Assembly (NCBI GenBank): GCA_020724065.1 | Contig: DYHQ01000001.1 | Span: 26,782-90,781 of the forward strand | DNA from: Candidatus Puniceispirillum sp. | GTDB taxonomy: Bacteria; Electryoneota; RPQS01; DYHQ01 | DNA length: 64,000 bases | Reading direction: 5' to 3' | In this document: positions 29,223 through 38,772 of the stretch, one piece after another | Numbering within the stretch: position 1 is the first letter of the stretch | How the letters are laid out: each line of letters begins with the position of its first letter | Made by a program: the position numbers and the translations under genes | Notes under the pieces: generated by a model | Seen by the model: only the letters and a program-made list of their open reading frames with translations | The model's database searches: none | What the model was told of the DNA's origin: nothing

Positions 29223-29875
29223 AGATTTTTCTTGATACAGCCGACCTATCTGAAATAGGACAGGCGGTCTCATGGGGGATTTTGGATGGAGTAACGACGA
29301 ATCCCTCACTCATGGCCAAGGCCGGTGCGTCGGATTTCAAGGTTCACCTACGAAAGATCTGCGATGTAGTCCAGGGCCCTGTGTCGGGTGAAGTCGTCAG
29401 CGTGGAGCCGGACGGGATGCTCAAGCAAGCTCACGAGCTTGCGGCGATTAGTCCACACATGGTGATCAAAGTCCCCATGACCGTGGCGGGCTTGCAGGTC
29501 TGCAAGAAACTGAACACCGAGAACATTCCGGTCAACATGACTCTCGTTTTCAGTCCGGCGCAGGCACTGTTGGCCGCGAAGGCGGGTGCGACCTATGTCA
29601 GCCCGTTCATCGGGCGGTTAGACGACATCAGCCATTTCGGCATGGATGTTGTTCGAGATATTGTGGCTATCTTTGATCGATACGGCTTCGAAACAAACTG
29701 TCTGGCAGCGAGTCTGCGGCATCCGCTTCATGTGGTTGAAGCGGCATTGGCGGGAGCGCATGTGGCAACTCTTCCCTGGAATGTTTTGGAGAAACTCGTC
29801 CATCACCCCTTGACAGATGTTGGCATTGACCGCTTCCTCCAAGATTGGAAGAAGATTCGACCGGAAGGATGGTAA
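29219..29875 (+). CDS. tal: Transaldolase (small TalC/FSA family)
   Basis: IFLDTA, GVTTNPSL, SGEV, Schiff-base VIKVP, YVSPFIGR. The Glu/Phe pattern fits transaldolase rather than FSA. Confidence 0.9.
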   Translation: MKIFLDTADLSEIGQAVSWGILDGVTTNPSLMAKAGASDFKVHLRKICDVVQGPVSGEVVSVEPDGMLKQAHELAAISPHMVIKVPMTVAGLQVCKKLNTENIPVNMTLVFSPAQALLAAKAGATYVSPFIGRLDDISHFGMDVVRDIVAIFDRYGFETNCLAASLRHPLHVVEAALAGAHVATLPWNVLEKLVHHPLTDVGIDRFLQDWKKIRPEGW

Positions 29876-29933
29876 AGACTCCTGAGCGGGTTTCTGTCAC
29901 CTTGCGGTTCATCAAAGTTGGTTGCGCGCGGAG

Positions 29934-31181
29934 ATGATGCGACTCATTTCCTATTTTATTATCGGCCTTCTCGTCGGGACGGCGGCGGTGTTTCTCTACC
30001 ACCGGGACCGGACGCTCAGTCACGAAGTCGAAGCGCTTCGGCTTCAGAGTTCGGCTTTTCAATCGCTGTCCACTGCACAGGTCAGCTTGGAGAGCGACAA
30101 GCCTCCCTCCTTCGGTTCAACTTCAACCGTCGTCCAGTCGGAGATAGAAACCTCCCGTCATAACGCCATCACGCGAGCCATAGCGCGAACGGCAGATGCC
30201 GTCGTGGGAATCAATGTCATTCAAGTTCGCCAGGTCGTGTCCCGCAGCCCTTTTTTCAATGACCCGTTCTTTCGTGAGTTCTCTTTTGGATTGCCGCCTC
30301 GGGTCTTTCGGCAGAAAGTCGAGAACCTCGGCTCGGGTTTTATCATCTCTTCGGATGGCTATATTGTTACCAACGAGCATGTGGTTCAAGGTGCGATTGA
30401 AATCGTCGTCACAACGACTTCGGGGAAGCGATACAATGCGCGAGTCGTCGGCACGGATCATCTTCTCGATGTGGCTCTGCTGAAAGTTGATGAGCAGAAC
30501 TTGCCCTGTGTGGAATGGGGAGATTCCGATGACTGCATCACCGGTGAGTGGGTCATCGCTATCGGCAATCCTTACGGGCTTTTTGCGGTCAACGATCAGC
30601 CGTCGGTGACTGTGGGAGTCATTTCGGCGCTGCATCGTGACTTCGACCGGAACGACGAGGGCCGAGTCTACAGTGACATGATCCAAACCGATGCTTCCAT
30701 CAATCGAGGCAATTCGGGCGGCCCGCTCGTCAATGCGCTGGGGCAAGGCATTGGCATGAACACGATGATCTTCACCGAGACTGGCGGGTCGCTCGGCATT
30801 GGCTTTGCGATCCCGTCGGCGCGCATTCGCTCGATGATTGATGAACTCATGAAGGGCGGCGTGAATCGGAACTACTGGATTGGCGTCGTGGCCAATGATT
30901 TGAACCGCATGATGGCGATTTCCTTGGGGCTGAACTCAACTGACGGCGTTATCGTTTCCCAGGTCGAGCCTCGCAGTCCGGCGGGGAAAGCGGGAATTGA
31001 GCCGGCGGATGTGATCTTGGAAATCAATAGCCGCAAAATCCGTAGTACTCAAGAAGCGCGCGGTGTTATTGATAATGCTGACCTGAAAGTGGGAGACAAT
31101 CTGACTTTCAAGATCTATCGAGAGGGCAAGATCCGCGAAGTCGTTGTCAAACTCGAGGAGCTTCCTGAACCTCGCGGCTAA
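29934..31181 (+). CDS. htrA: HtrA/DegP-family serine protease with N-terminal anchor and one PDZ domain
   Basis: GSGFII, TNEHVV (His), DVALLK (Asp), INRGNSGGPL (Ser), PDZ SPA.KAGI...DVI. Confidence 0.92.
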   Translation: MMRLISYFIIGLLVGTAAVFLYHRDRTLSHEVEALRLQSSAFQSLSTAQVSLESDKPPSFGSTSTVVQSEIETSRHNAITRAIARTADAVVGINVIQVRQVVSRSPFFNDPFFREFSFGLPPRVFRQKVENLGSGFIISSDGYIVTNEHVVQGAIEIVVTTTSGKRYNARVVGTDHLLDVALLKVDEQNLPCVEWGDSDDCITGEWVIAIGNPYGLFAVNDQPSVTVGVISALHRDFDRNDEGRVYSDMIQTDASINRGNSGGPLVNALGQGIGMNTMIFTETGGSLGIGFAIPSARIRSMIDELMKGGVNRNYWIGVVANDLNRMMAISLGLNSTDGVIVSQVEPRSPAGKAGIEPADVILEINSRKIRSTQEARGVIDNADLKVGDNLTFKIYREGKIREVVVKLEELPEPRG

Positions 31182-31205
31182 TCTTTCTGAGGAGCACTTC
31201 TTCGC

Positions 31206-32513
31206 GTGATTTCTCGGTACAGACGGCCTGAAATGGCGGCGATTTGGTCGGAGCGGGCGCGTTTCGAAGCTTGGTGGCGAGTGGAGCTTGCCATTCTTGA
31301 GGCACAGGCTGCTCGCGGAGAAATCCCCGCCGCCGATTTGGAGGAGATTCGGACTCGCGCGAAGTATTCGCCCGAGGAGATTGCGAGAGTTGAAGAGGTT
31401 GTCCAGCATGATGTCGTCGCTTTTCTGACGGTCATTTCAGAGCATGTTGGCCCGGCCTCGCGACATATTCACCGAGGCTTAACCTCTTCGGATGTCTTGG
31501 ACACCGCTCTTGCTCTTCAGCTTTGTCAGGCCGTAGCTCTTTTGCAGGCGGACTTGGGAGCGCTGCGCCGCGCACTGCGCGGTCGTGCTTTGGAATTCCG
31601 GGACACGCCCTGCATCGCGCGCACCCATGGCGTTCACGCGGAAGTGACGACCTTTGGGATGCGCTGGCTGGTGTGGTACGAAGAAATTGGCCGACATGAG
31701 GAGCGACTGGCTGCCGCGCGCGAGCGCCTTGCCGTGGGAAAATGCTCCGGTGCGGTCGGCGTCTTCGCTCATACGGATCTCGCACTTGAAGAAGCCATGT
31801 GTGCGCGTTTGGGACTAACGCCAGCGAAGGTAACGACACAGGTTATTCAACGGGATCGTCATGCGGAGCTCCTTCTCGTCTTGGCGCTCATCGGTGCCAG
31901 TGTCGAGAAAGTCGCGACGGAAATTCGCCATCTGCAGCGCACGGAAGTGGCCGAAGCCTTCGAGCCTTTCGGGAAAGGCCAGAAAGGTTCCTCCGCAATG
32001 CCGCATAAGCGCAATCCGATTCTCTGCGAGCGACTTTGCGGAATGGCGCGGCTCTTGCGGGGCTATGCGGTGGTGGGTCTGGAGAATGTGGCGCTTTGGC
32101 ACGAGCGAGATATTTCTCATTCGTCTGCTGAGCGAGTCATTCTACCGGACGCAACACTGGCTTTGGACTACATGCTCCATCTCCTGACTCGAATCTTATC
32201 GGGTTTGGAGGTTGACACGACGCGAATGCAGCAGAATCTTGAGATAACAGAAGGTTTGATCGCATCCGAAGCCTTGCTTCTGGCTTTGACGGACGCTGGG
32301 TGGACGCGCGAGCGAGCCTATGAGCATGTTCAGAAGGCGGCCTGGTGTGTTCGGCAGGGACAAGGTGATTTCAAGAAGGCGGCTTTGAAAGATGCGGAGA
32401 TCGTTGATAGTCTCGGAGAAGAGCGAGTAGCTGCCCTGCTGGATGTGCGACCACCCTTGAAGCGAATACATCGAATTTATGAGCGTGCGGGTTTGACAGA
32501 CGAGATATCGTAG
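31206..32513 (+). CDS. purB: Adenylosuccinate lyase
   Basis: HDVVAF, GLTSSDVLDT, RTHGVHAE, signature GSSAMPHKRNP, LWHERDISHSS. Confidence 0.96.
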   Translation: MISRYRRPEMAAIWSERARFEAWWRVELAILEAQAARGEIPAADLEEIRTRAKYSPEEIARVEEVVQHDVVAFLTVISEHVGPASRHIHRGLTSSDVLDTALALQLCQAVALLQADLGALRRALRGRALEFRDTPCIARTHGVHAEVTTFGMRWLVWYEEIGRHEERLAAARERLAVGKCSGAVGVFAHTDLALEEAMCARLGLTPAKVTTQVIQRDRHAELLLVLALIGASVEKVATEIRHLQRTEVAEAFEPFGKGQKGSSAMPHKRNPILCERLCGMARLLRGYAVVGLENVALWHERDISHSSAERVILPDATLALDYMLHLLTRILSGLEVDTTRMQQNLEITEGLIASEALLLALTDAGWTRERAYEHVQKAAWCVRQGQGDFKKAALKDAEIVDSLGEERVAALLDVRPPLKRIHRIYERAGLTDEIS

Positions 32514-32548
32514 GTTGAGAACATTCTTCGAGCATCGGGGTCGAGCCA

Positions 32549-33259
32549 TTGGAAAAAAGAAAGCTACTTTTTGAAGGGAAGGCAAAATGCCTTTATGCCA
32601 CGGACCGGGAGGGCTGCCTCATCCAGAGATTCAAGGATGAAGTCGTGAACGAGGGCGAAGGGCAAAGGATGAGTATCGCGGGCAAGGGAGAAACGAACAA
32701 CGGCATCGCTTGCTTTCTATTCCAATATTTGGAGAGTCATCATGTCCCGACTCATTTCATCGAGCGGCATGGTCCCGCGGAAATGGTCGTGCGCAAGCTC
32801 GCGATGATCCCGGTCCAGGTTGTGATGCACAATATCGCCATGGCAAAATTGGCCAAAACATTCGACCTTGCCGAGGGAAGTCCTCTAAGCTATCCTATAC
32901 AAGAATATTTTTTGAAGAGCGACAAGTTGGGCAATCCCATGGTCAACGAGCATCATGCGCTGGCCCTGGGTTACGCTCAACCTGAAGAGATGCGGACCAT
33001 TGGGCGGCTGTCATCGAAAATCAACGCCATCTTGAAATCATTTTTCGAGCGGCGGGGACTTCTGTTGATGGGTTTTCGGGTGGAATTCGGAAAGCAGGGC
33101 GAGCAAATTTATGTGGGCGATGAAATCTCGCTGGATACCTGCCATTTCTGGGACAAGAAATCAAACTGCCGCTTGGATGTCGCTCATGCGGATCAGGATC
33201 CATTGGAAATCGAGAAGGCCTATCGAGAACTCTATGGCCGAATGACGAACTCCTCTTAG
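32549..33259 (+). CDS. purC: SAICAR synthetase (PurC)-fold protein with many substituted active-site residues
   Basis: EGKAK, KG..NN, VPTHF, EFG, GDEIS.DTC..WD identify the fold. Substrate-binding motifs are altered (see findings). Confidence 0.75.
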   Translation: MEKRKLLFEGKAKCLYATDREGCLIQRFKDEVVNEGEGQRMSIAGKGETNNGIACFLFQYLESHHVPTHFIERHGPAEMVVRKLAMIPVQVVMHNIAMAKLAKTFDLAEGSPLSYPIQEYFLKSDKLGNPMVNEHHALALGYAQPEEMRTIGRLSSKINAILKSFFERRGLLLMGFRVEFGKQGEQIYVGDEISLDTCHFWDKKSNCRLDVAHADQDPLEIEKAYRELYGRMTNSS

Positions 33260-33270
33260 GAGATTGGCCG

Positions 33271-33906
33271 ATGAGAATTGCATCGGAGGGAGGGCGGCTG
33301 CTTCTGCCGCTGCTGGGCGTTTTCCTGCTCGTCGTTGTGGTGGACTTGCTTGTTAGACTGCCGGCTCTGCATGGTTTGGCCGCTGGAATTCTTCTTCTGA
33401 TTCTTTTGCTCTTTTTCTTCTTTCGAGATCCTGAAAGAAAAACCCCTGCAGGGAGGAATCTTGTCCTGGCGCCCTGTGACGGAAGAGTGATCTTGGTCAA
33501 CGATGCATCCAGCGGTGCGGAGCAGGGGCGTGTGGCGATCTTCATGTCGGTCCTGGATGTGCATGTGAACCGAAATCCGGTGAGCGGTGTCGTTCAGGAA
33601 ATTCAGAGGCACCGAGGAAGCTTCCGCCATGCGGCAACTCCCCAGGCGGTTCACATGAATACTTCGGTTACCGTCAGGGCTTCGACGGATTTTGGTGAGG
33701 TAACCTGGATTCAAGTCGCCGGTGCTTTGGCACGGAAAATCTCATGTCGTCTGAAGGAAGGGCAATTCGTGGAAGCGGGAGAGCGATTCGGTTTGGTTTA
33801 CTTGGGTTCCCGAATGGAAGTGTTGACGCCGGCTGCCGTGCGAATTCGAGTTGCGCTTGGGCAACGAGTGCGTGCGGGTCTAACGATTATCGGCGAGGTT
33901 TCATGA
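33271..33906 (+). CDS. psd: Phosphatidylserine decarboxylase proenzyme (PSD-A type)
   Basis: FFRDPER, APCDG, IFMSVLDVHVNR, QVAG..AR.I, GERFG, self-cleavage LGSR. Confidence 0.9.
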   Translation: MRIASEGGRLLLPLLGVFLLVVVVDLLVRLPALHGLAAGILLLILLLFFFFRDPERKTPAGRNLVLAPCDGRVILVNDASSGAEQGRVAIFMSVLDVHVNRNPVSGVVQEIQRHRGSFRHAATPQAVHMNTSVTVRASTDFGEVTWIQVAGALARKISCRLKEGQFVEAGERFGLVYLGSRMEVLTPAAVRIRVALGQRVRAGLTIIGEVS

Positions 33907-34667
33907 TAGTGCGGCAATGCATGGCCCATGCCATCACCGGTGGCAACCTTTTCTGTGGCTTTCTTTCCATTTTGATGGCTCTCAATGGATTGAGTGGCCT
34001 CGCTGCATGGTTGATTATCAGCGCGGCGCTCCTGGATGCGTTTGACGGAAAAGTCGCGCGGTTCATGAGGAGTGATAGCTCCTTTGGATTGCAGTTCGAT
34101 TCGCTTGCGGACTTGGTTTCTTTCGGCGTCGCCCCCGGAGTTCTTATCTACTGGCTCGCATTGCAAGAACACGGCGTATTAGGAGTCTTGGTCAGTTTTG
34201 TCCCGCTGCTATTTGCGGCTGTCCGACTGGCGAAATTCAATATCGGCGAGGCAAGCGAAACCCATGATTTCACCGGGCTCTCATCACCCTTGCAGGCATG
34301 TCTCGTGGCATCTTTTCTCATTTTGAATCTGTCCATTTGGGGAGAAGTTCGCTTGCACGCGCCGCTGGCGGTTTTGGTTATTTCGGCCGGGCTGCTTATG
34401 GTCAGTCGTTTTCCTTTGCCAAGCCTGCCTCGACTCACGCTGCGGGAACCTGGGTATAATCTGTCGAAGCTGCTGGTTCTCATTGGGTGCGTCTGCCTTA
34501 TCGCGCTTAACCCTCCCCGACATGCTTTTCCGGTATTGGGTTCCTTGGTTGTGGCATCGTTTATCGTTGGCGCCCTGCGCGCGGCTCATTCTGCGGATAT
34601 GGATTTGGATGACGACGATGCCGAGCCGGCCGAGAGCAAAATTACTATATCTCGAGGCCACCGATGA
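33903..34667 (+). CDS. pssA: CDP-diacylglycerol-serine O-phosphatidyltransferase
   Basis: ATG 33903 (ATGA overlap with psd). CDP-alcohol motif DAFDGKVAR..S.FG..FDSLADLVSFGVAP, RLAKFN, F.GL. Confidence 0.9.
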   Translation: MIVRQCMAHAITGGNLFCGFLSILMALNGLSGLAAWLIISAALLDAFDGKVARFMRSDSSFGLQFDSLADLVSFGVAPGVLIYWLALQEHGVLGVLVSFVPLLFAAVRLAKFNIGEASETHDFTGLSSPLQACLVASFLILNLSIWGEVRLHAPLAVLVISAGLLMVSRFPLPSLPRLTLREPGYNLSKLLVLIGCVCLIALNPPRHAFPVLGSLVVASFIVGALRAAHSADMDLDDDDAEPAESKITISRGHR

Positions 34668-34903
34668 TGGTCAAAGTGATTGTTACCCACAAGCCAGGCG
34701 TTTTGGACCCTCAAGGGCAGACCGTTCTGCAAAGTCTCCGGCAACTCGGGCACCGCGACATACGGGATGTCCGCATCGGAAAATACATCGAGATTGAACT
34801 GGACGCCACCAGTCGCGAGGACGCGGAGAGACAAGCAGCTCAGATTTCTGACAAGATGCTCGCCAATCCTGTGATCGAGACTTTTCGAGTCGAGCTGGAA
34901 TGA
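34664..34903 (+). CDS. purS: FGAM synthase subunit PurS
   Basis: KPGVLDPQG, VRIGKYI, LANPVIE. Confidence 0.95.
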   Translation: MMVKVIVTHKPGVLDPQGQTVLQSLRQLGHRDIRDVRIGKYIEIELDATSREDAERQAAQISDKMLANPVIETFRVELE

Positions 34904-35613
34904 CCTTCGCTGTCATTACATTTCCGGGCTCCAATTGTGATCGAGATTGTATCTGGGCGCTTGAGGGGGTGCTCGGCTACACAGTCCGGAACATCTTTCA
35001 TCGTGTGAAATCACTGGGCTCGGTGGACGCTGTCGTCTTGCCCGGGGGATTTTCGTACGGAGACTATCTTCGGGCAGGCGCCCTGGCTCATTTTTCTCCC
35101 ATTATGGAGGCTGTCAGGACTTTTGCGCAGGCAGGCGGAGTTGTTCTGGGCATTTGCAACGGATTTCAAATTCTATGTGAAGCGGGGCTTCTGCCTGGTG
35201 CCCTGGTGCGAAACCGTTCGCTGAAATTCGTTTGTCATGAGGTCTCTCTGCGCGTGGAGAACTGTGCCACGATTTTTACTTCCCAGTATCAGTTAGGCCA
35301 AGAGATCATCCTGCCGATTGCCCATAGCGACGGCAACTACCTGACGGAGCCGGCGACGCTCGCTACTCTCGAGCAGGAAAGGCGCGTTGTCTTTCGGTAC
35401 ACAGGGCCAAAGCGGTTTGATGCACTGGATGGAAATCCCAATGGCTCCATGAACGCCATCGCGGGGATAGTCAATTCAGAGGGCAATGTGCTGGGGATGA
35501 TGCCGCACCCCGAGAGGGCCTGCGACCCGAGCATCGGGCGCACGGATGGTTTGGGTATTTTTCTCTCGGTCGCTCAATCGGTGGCCAAGCAGAGTGCTGT
35601 ATTGGCGGAGTAG
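34900..35613 (+). CDS. purQ: FGAM synthase glutaminase subunit PurQ
   Basis: FPGSNCD, PGGFSYGDYLR, GICNGFQ, NPNGS, GMMPHPER. Confidence 0.96.
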   Translation: MTFAVITFPGSNCDRDCIWALEGVLGYTVRNIFHRVKSLGSVDAVVLPGGFSYGDYLRAGALAHFSPIMEAVRTFAQAGGVVLGICNGFQILCEAGLLPGALVRNRSLKFVCHEVSLRVENCATIFTSQYQLGQEIILPIAHSDGNYLTEPATLATLEQERRVVFRYTGPKRFDALDGNPNGSMNAIAGIVNSEGNVLGMMPHPERACDPSIGRTDGLGIFLSVAQSVAKQSAVLAE

Positions 35614-35683
35614 TGTCCAGCATTTCACGCGGGCGTACGGGGGCGTTCATCCCCCGTTATCAACAAAAACCACGGTTTCTTCT

Positions 35684-35974
35684 ATGAATCTCGGTGCTTC
35701 TGAGATTGTTCTGATTGTCATTGTGCTTCTTCTTCTGTTCGGAGGTAAGAAGTTACCTGAATTGGCGCGAGGGATCGGACGCGGCATGGTCGAATTCCGG
35801 CGGGCGACTCAGGATATTCAGAGAGAGATTCAGTCGTCCATCGAGGTTCCACCCACCTCGCCCAAGACCACTCCAAAGACCGCGCCATCTGAACCGACAC
35901 CCTCCCAAACGGCTTCCAAGAGCGTGAATGACTCTGAAAATCCCCCCTCACCAACATCTGAAAAACCATCCTGA
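35684..35974 (+). CDS. tatA: Twin-arginine translocase TatA/E
   Basis: MNLGASEIVLIVIVLLLLFGGKKLPELARGIG..EFR followed by a Pro/Ser/Thr-rich tail. Confidence 0.92.
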   Translation: MNLGASEIVLIVIVLLLLFGGKKLPELARGIGRGMVEFRRATQDIQREIQSSIEVPPTSPKTTPKTAPSEPTPSQTASKSVNDSENPPSPTSEKPS

Positions 35975-37352
35975 GGAATTGCCCTCGGCGGTCGAGACCT
36001 GCCTGCAAGCGATTGAACAGGCGAAGCCGCTGAATGCGTTCGTTCATCTCTTAGCAGACCGCGCTCGCCACAAAGCCGTGGAAGTTGCGCAAGCCACTGG
36101 GCAGGGTGAGGAGTTGCCGCTTCGAGGGATGATTCTCGCGGTGAAGGACAATATCGCCATTGAAGGCACATCCCTGAGCTGCGCGTCGAGGATTCTGAAG
36201 GATTTCAAGAGTCTGTTCACGGCGACGGCGGTCGCTCGATTGGAAAAAGCCGGGGCTATTATCATCGGGAAGACCAATCTTGATGAATTTGCGATGGGGT
36301 CTTCCTGCGAAAATACGATCTTCGGCCCAACCCATCATCCGCTCGATTGGGAACGCGTTCCGGGAGGTTCGTCAGGAGGTTCGGCAGTCGCCGTTGCCGC
36401 GGGATTAGTCCACGCAGCGCTTGGCAGTGACACGGGAGGCTCTGTGCGCCAGCCGGCAGCGTTCTGTGGCGTTGTTGGGCTGAAGCCGACCTATGGGCGA
36501 GTCTCCCGCTATGGCCTGGTTGCGTTTGGTTCATCGCTTGACCAAATCGCACCGTTCGCAACGAATTGCCAAGATGCTTTTGCTGTTCTTTGCATTATGG
36601 GAGGGAAGGACGAGCACGATTCGACTTCTGCGGCATATCCCATGTCATATCCAACCGAAGGTCTGAAACCTCTTGGTGAGAAACTGCGCATCGGGTTACC
36701 GAAAGAATATCTTGAAGAAGGTCTGCAGGCCGAAATTGCAGAGGTTGTCCTTCAGGTGGCGCGTGGGCTCGAGAAGGCTGGTCACGATCTTGTAGAGATA
36801 TCGCTTCCGTATTCAAAATTGGCAGTAGGCGTATATTATATTCTCGCGACGGCCGAAGCGAGCTCCAACCTGGCGCGGTATGATGGAGCTCGGTATGGAT
36901 TCCGTGAGCATTCCGCCGAGAGTCTGCAGGATATCTACACGCACAGTCGGGCCGGAGGCTTTGGAAGAGAAGTGCGCCGTCGGATCATGTTGGGCACCTA
37001 TGTGCTCTCTGCCGGTTACTATGATGCCTACTACAAGAAAGCCCAGCGCGTTCGTCGCCTTGTTTTGGGTGATTTTCTGGATGCATTTGGGAAGGTGGAT
37101 GTCATTCTTGCGCCGACAACGCCCACGACGGCATTTAAGATTGGCGAGAAAATAGACGACCCATTGGCCATGTATCTTTCCGATGTCTATACGACGCCGG
37201 CGAATTTGGCGGGCATTCCAGCGGTTTCCGTTCCGGCGGGGAAAGATACCAAGAGATTGCCGATCGGCGTGCAAATCATGGGTCCCCATTTCTCGGACGA
37301 ACTCATTTTGCAGGTAGGGTGCGACATCGAGAGGCTTCATGGGCGAATATGA
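35928..37352 (+). CDS. gatA: Asp/Glu-tRNA amidotransferase subunit A
   Basis: AVKDNI, GKTNLDEFAMGSS, PGGSSGGSA, GSDTGGSVRQPA, SSNLARYDG, RRIMLG. Start uncertain because it overlaps tatA. Confidence 0.95.
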   Translation: MTLKIPPHQHLKNHPEELPSAVETCLQAIEQAKPLNAFVHLLADRARHKAVEVAQATGQGEELPLRGMILAVKDNIAIEGTSLSCASRILKDFKSLFTATAVARLEKAGAIIIGKTNLDEFAMGSSCENTIFGPTHHPLDWERVPGGSSGGSAVAVAAGLVHAALGSDTGGSVRQPAAFCGVVGLKPTYGRVSRYGLVAFGSSLDQIAPFATNCQDAFAVLCIMGGKDEHDSTSAAYPMSYPTEGLKPLGEKLRIGLPKEYLEEGLQAEIAEVVLQVARGLEKAGHDLVEISLPYSKLAVGVYYILATAEASSNLARYDGARYGFREHSAESLQDIYTHSRAGGFGREVRRRIMLGTYVLSAGYYDAYYKKAQRVRRLVLGDFLDAFGKVDVILAPTTPTTAFKIGEKIDDPLAMYLSDVYTTPANLAGIPAVSVPAGKDTKRLPIGVQIMGPHFSDELILQVGCDIERLHGRI

Positions 37353-38766
37353 AGCCGTTATTGGGCTTGAAGTGCACGCCCAGCTTATGACCGAGACCAA
37401 AGCGTTTTGCACTTGCCCCAACCGCTATGGAGCTCCGCCCAATACCCTCGTCTGCCCCGTTTGTTTGGGCATGCCTGGCATCCTTCCCGTCCTGAATCGA
37501 GCCATGCTGGAACAGGCGATGAAGCTCGCTCTGGCTGTGGGCGCGACGGTTCATCCGCGGTCGAAATTCGACCGAAAGAACTACTTCTATCCCGACTTGC
37601 CGAAGGGGTATCAAATCTCGCAGTATGATGAGCCATTCAGCACGGGCGGCTCGATTGAGCTGAAAGTGGACGGTCATCGGAAATCCATTCGGATTCGCCG
37701 AATCCATCTTGAAGAGGACGCAGGCAAATCCATGCATCAGGCGGACGGTTCGACGATTGTGGACATGAATCGCTGCGGGGTGCCATTGGTGGAAATTGTC
37801 TCGGAGCCCGACATGAGCACTCCGGCCGAAGCTCGTGCGTATCTGAATGAAATTCGCCGACTCGTGCGTTGGCTGGATGTGTGCGACGGAAACATGGAAG
37901 AGGGGTCGCTGCGGTGCGATGCGAATGTATCCGTGCATCGCAAGGGAAGCGAAGCATTCGGAATCGCGACTGAAGTGAAGAACATGAACTCCATCCGTGG
38001 CGTTGAACGAGCACTGGCGTATGAAATCGAGAGGCAAATTGGAGTTGTTGAAGGTGGTGGGACGATCACGCGGCAAACGCTTCTATGGGATGAGACCGAG
38101 GAGATTGCGCGTCCCATGCGCCGAAAAGAGAGCTCGGATGATTATCGCTATTTCCCGGAGCCTGACTTGGTGGAAGTTGTCGTTCCGTCGGAATGGGCCG
38201 AGCGAATCTCGCGCGATCTGGTAGAGCTTCCTCGTGCCCGCTGCATGCGTTTCTGTCAAGAGTATGGTCTTGCCGAAGCAACGGCAGAGGTTTTGGCAGG
38301 CGAGCGCGGTGTCGCTGACTATTTCGAGGCGTTGGCCAAGGAGTCCGGCGATCCGAGGAGGGCTGCCAACTGGGTTCAGGGAGACGTGCTGCGAATCCTA
38401 AAAGAGAGAAATTGCGACATAGCCTCCTTTCCCGTGAGCGTCTCCGACTTGGCTGGCCTCATGAACGAGGTGGAGACTGCGCGTCTTTCTCTGAGCGGCG
38501 CGAAGAAAGTGCTCGATAGAATGATCGAGACAGGCCGGAGTCCTGAATCAATCATTGAGCAAGAAGGCTTCGCACAAACCTCCGATGCGAGGGAGATTGA
38601 AGAAGTCGCGCGTGAAATATTGGCAAAATTCCCAAGCGAAGTTATCAAGTACAAATCAGGCAAGAAGAATCTCTTTGGCTTTTTCGTTGGCGAGACGATG
38701 AAAGCGACCAAAGGGCAGGCGAATCCAAAGGTCGCCAGCGAAATTCTGCAAAGACTTCTTTCATAG
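37339..38766 (+). CDS. gatB: Asp/Glu-tRNA amidotransferase subunit B
   Basis: IGLEVHAQL, FDRKNYFYPDLPKGYQISQ, HLEEDAGK, RCDANVS, DYRYFPEPDL. Confidence 0.97.
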   Translation: MGEYEAVIGLEVHAQLMTETKAFCTCPNRYGAPPNTLVCPVCLGMPGILPVLNRAMLEQAMKLALAVGATVHPRSKFDRKNYFYPDLPKGYQISQYDEPFSTGGSIELKVDGHRKSIRIRRIHLEEDAGKSMHQADGSTIVDMNRCGVPLVEIVSEPDMSTPAEARAYLNEIRRLVRWLDVCDGNMEEGSLRCDANVSVHRKGSEAFGIATEVKNMNSIRGVERALAYEIERQIGVVEGGGTITRQTLLWDETEEIARPMRRKESSDDYRYFPEPDLVEVVVPSEWAERISRDLVELPRARCMRFCQEYGLAEATAEVLAGERGVADYFEALAKESGDPRRAANWVQGDVLRILKERNCDIASFPVSVSDLAGLMNEVETARLSLSGAKKVLDRMIETGRSPESIIEQEGFAQTSDAREIEEVAREILAKFPSEVIKYKSGKKNLFGFFVGETMKATKGQANPKVASEILQRLLS

Positions 38767-38772
38767 TAAGAT

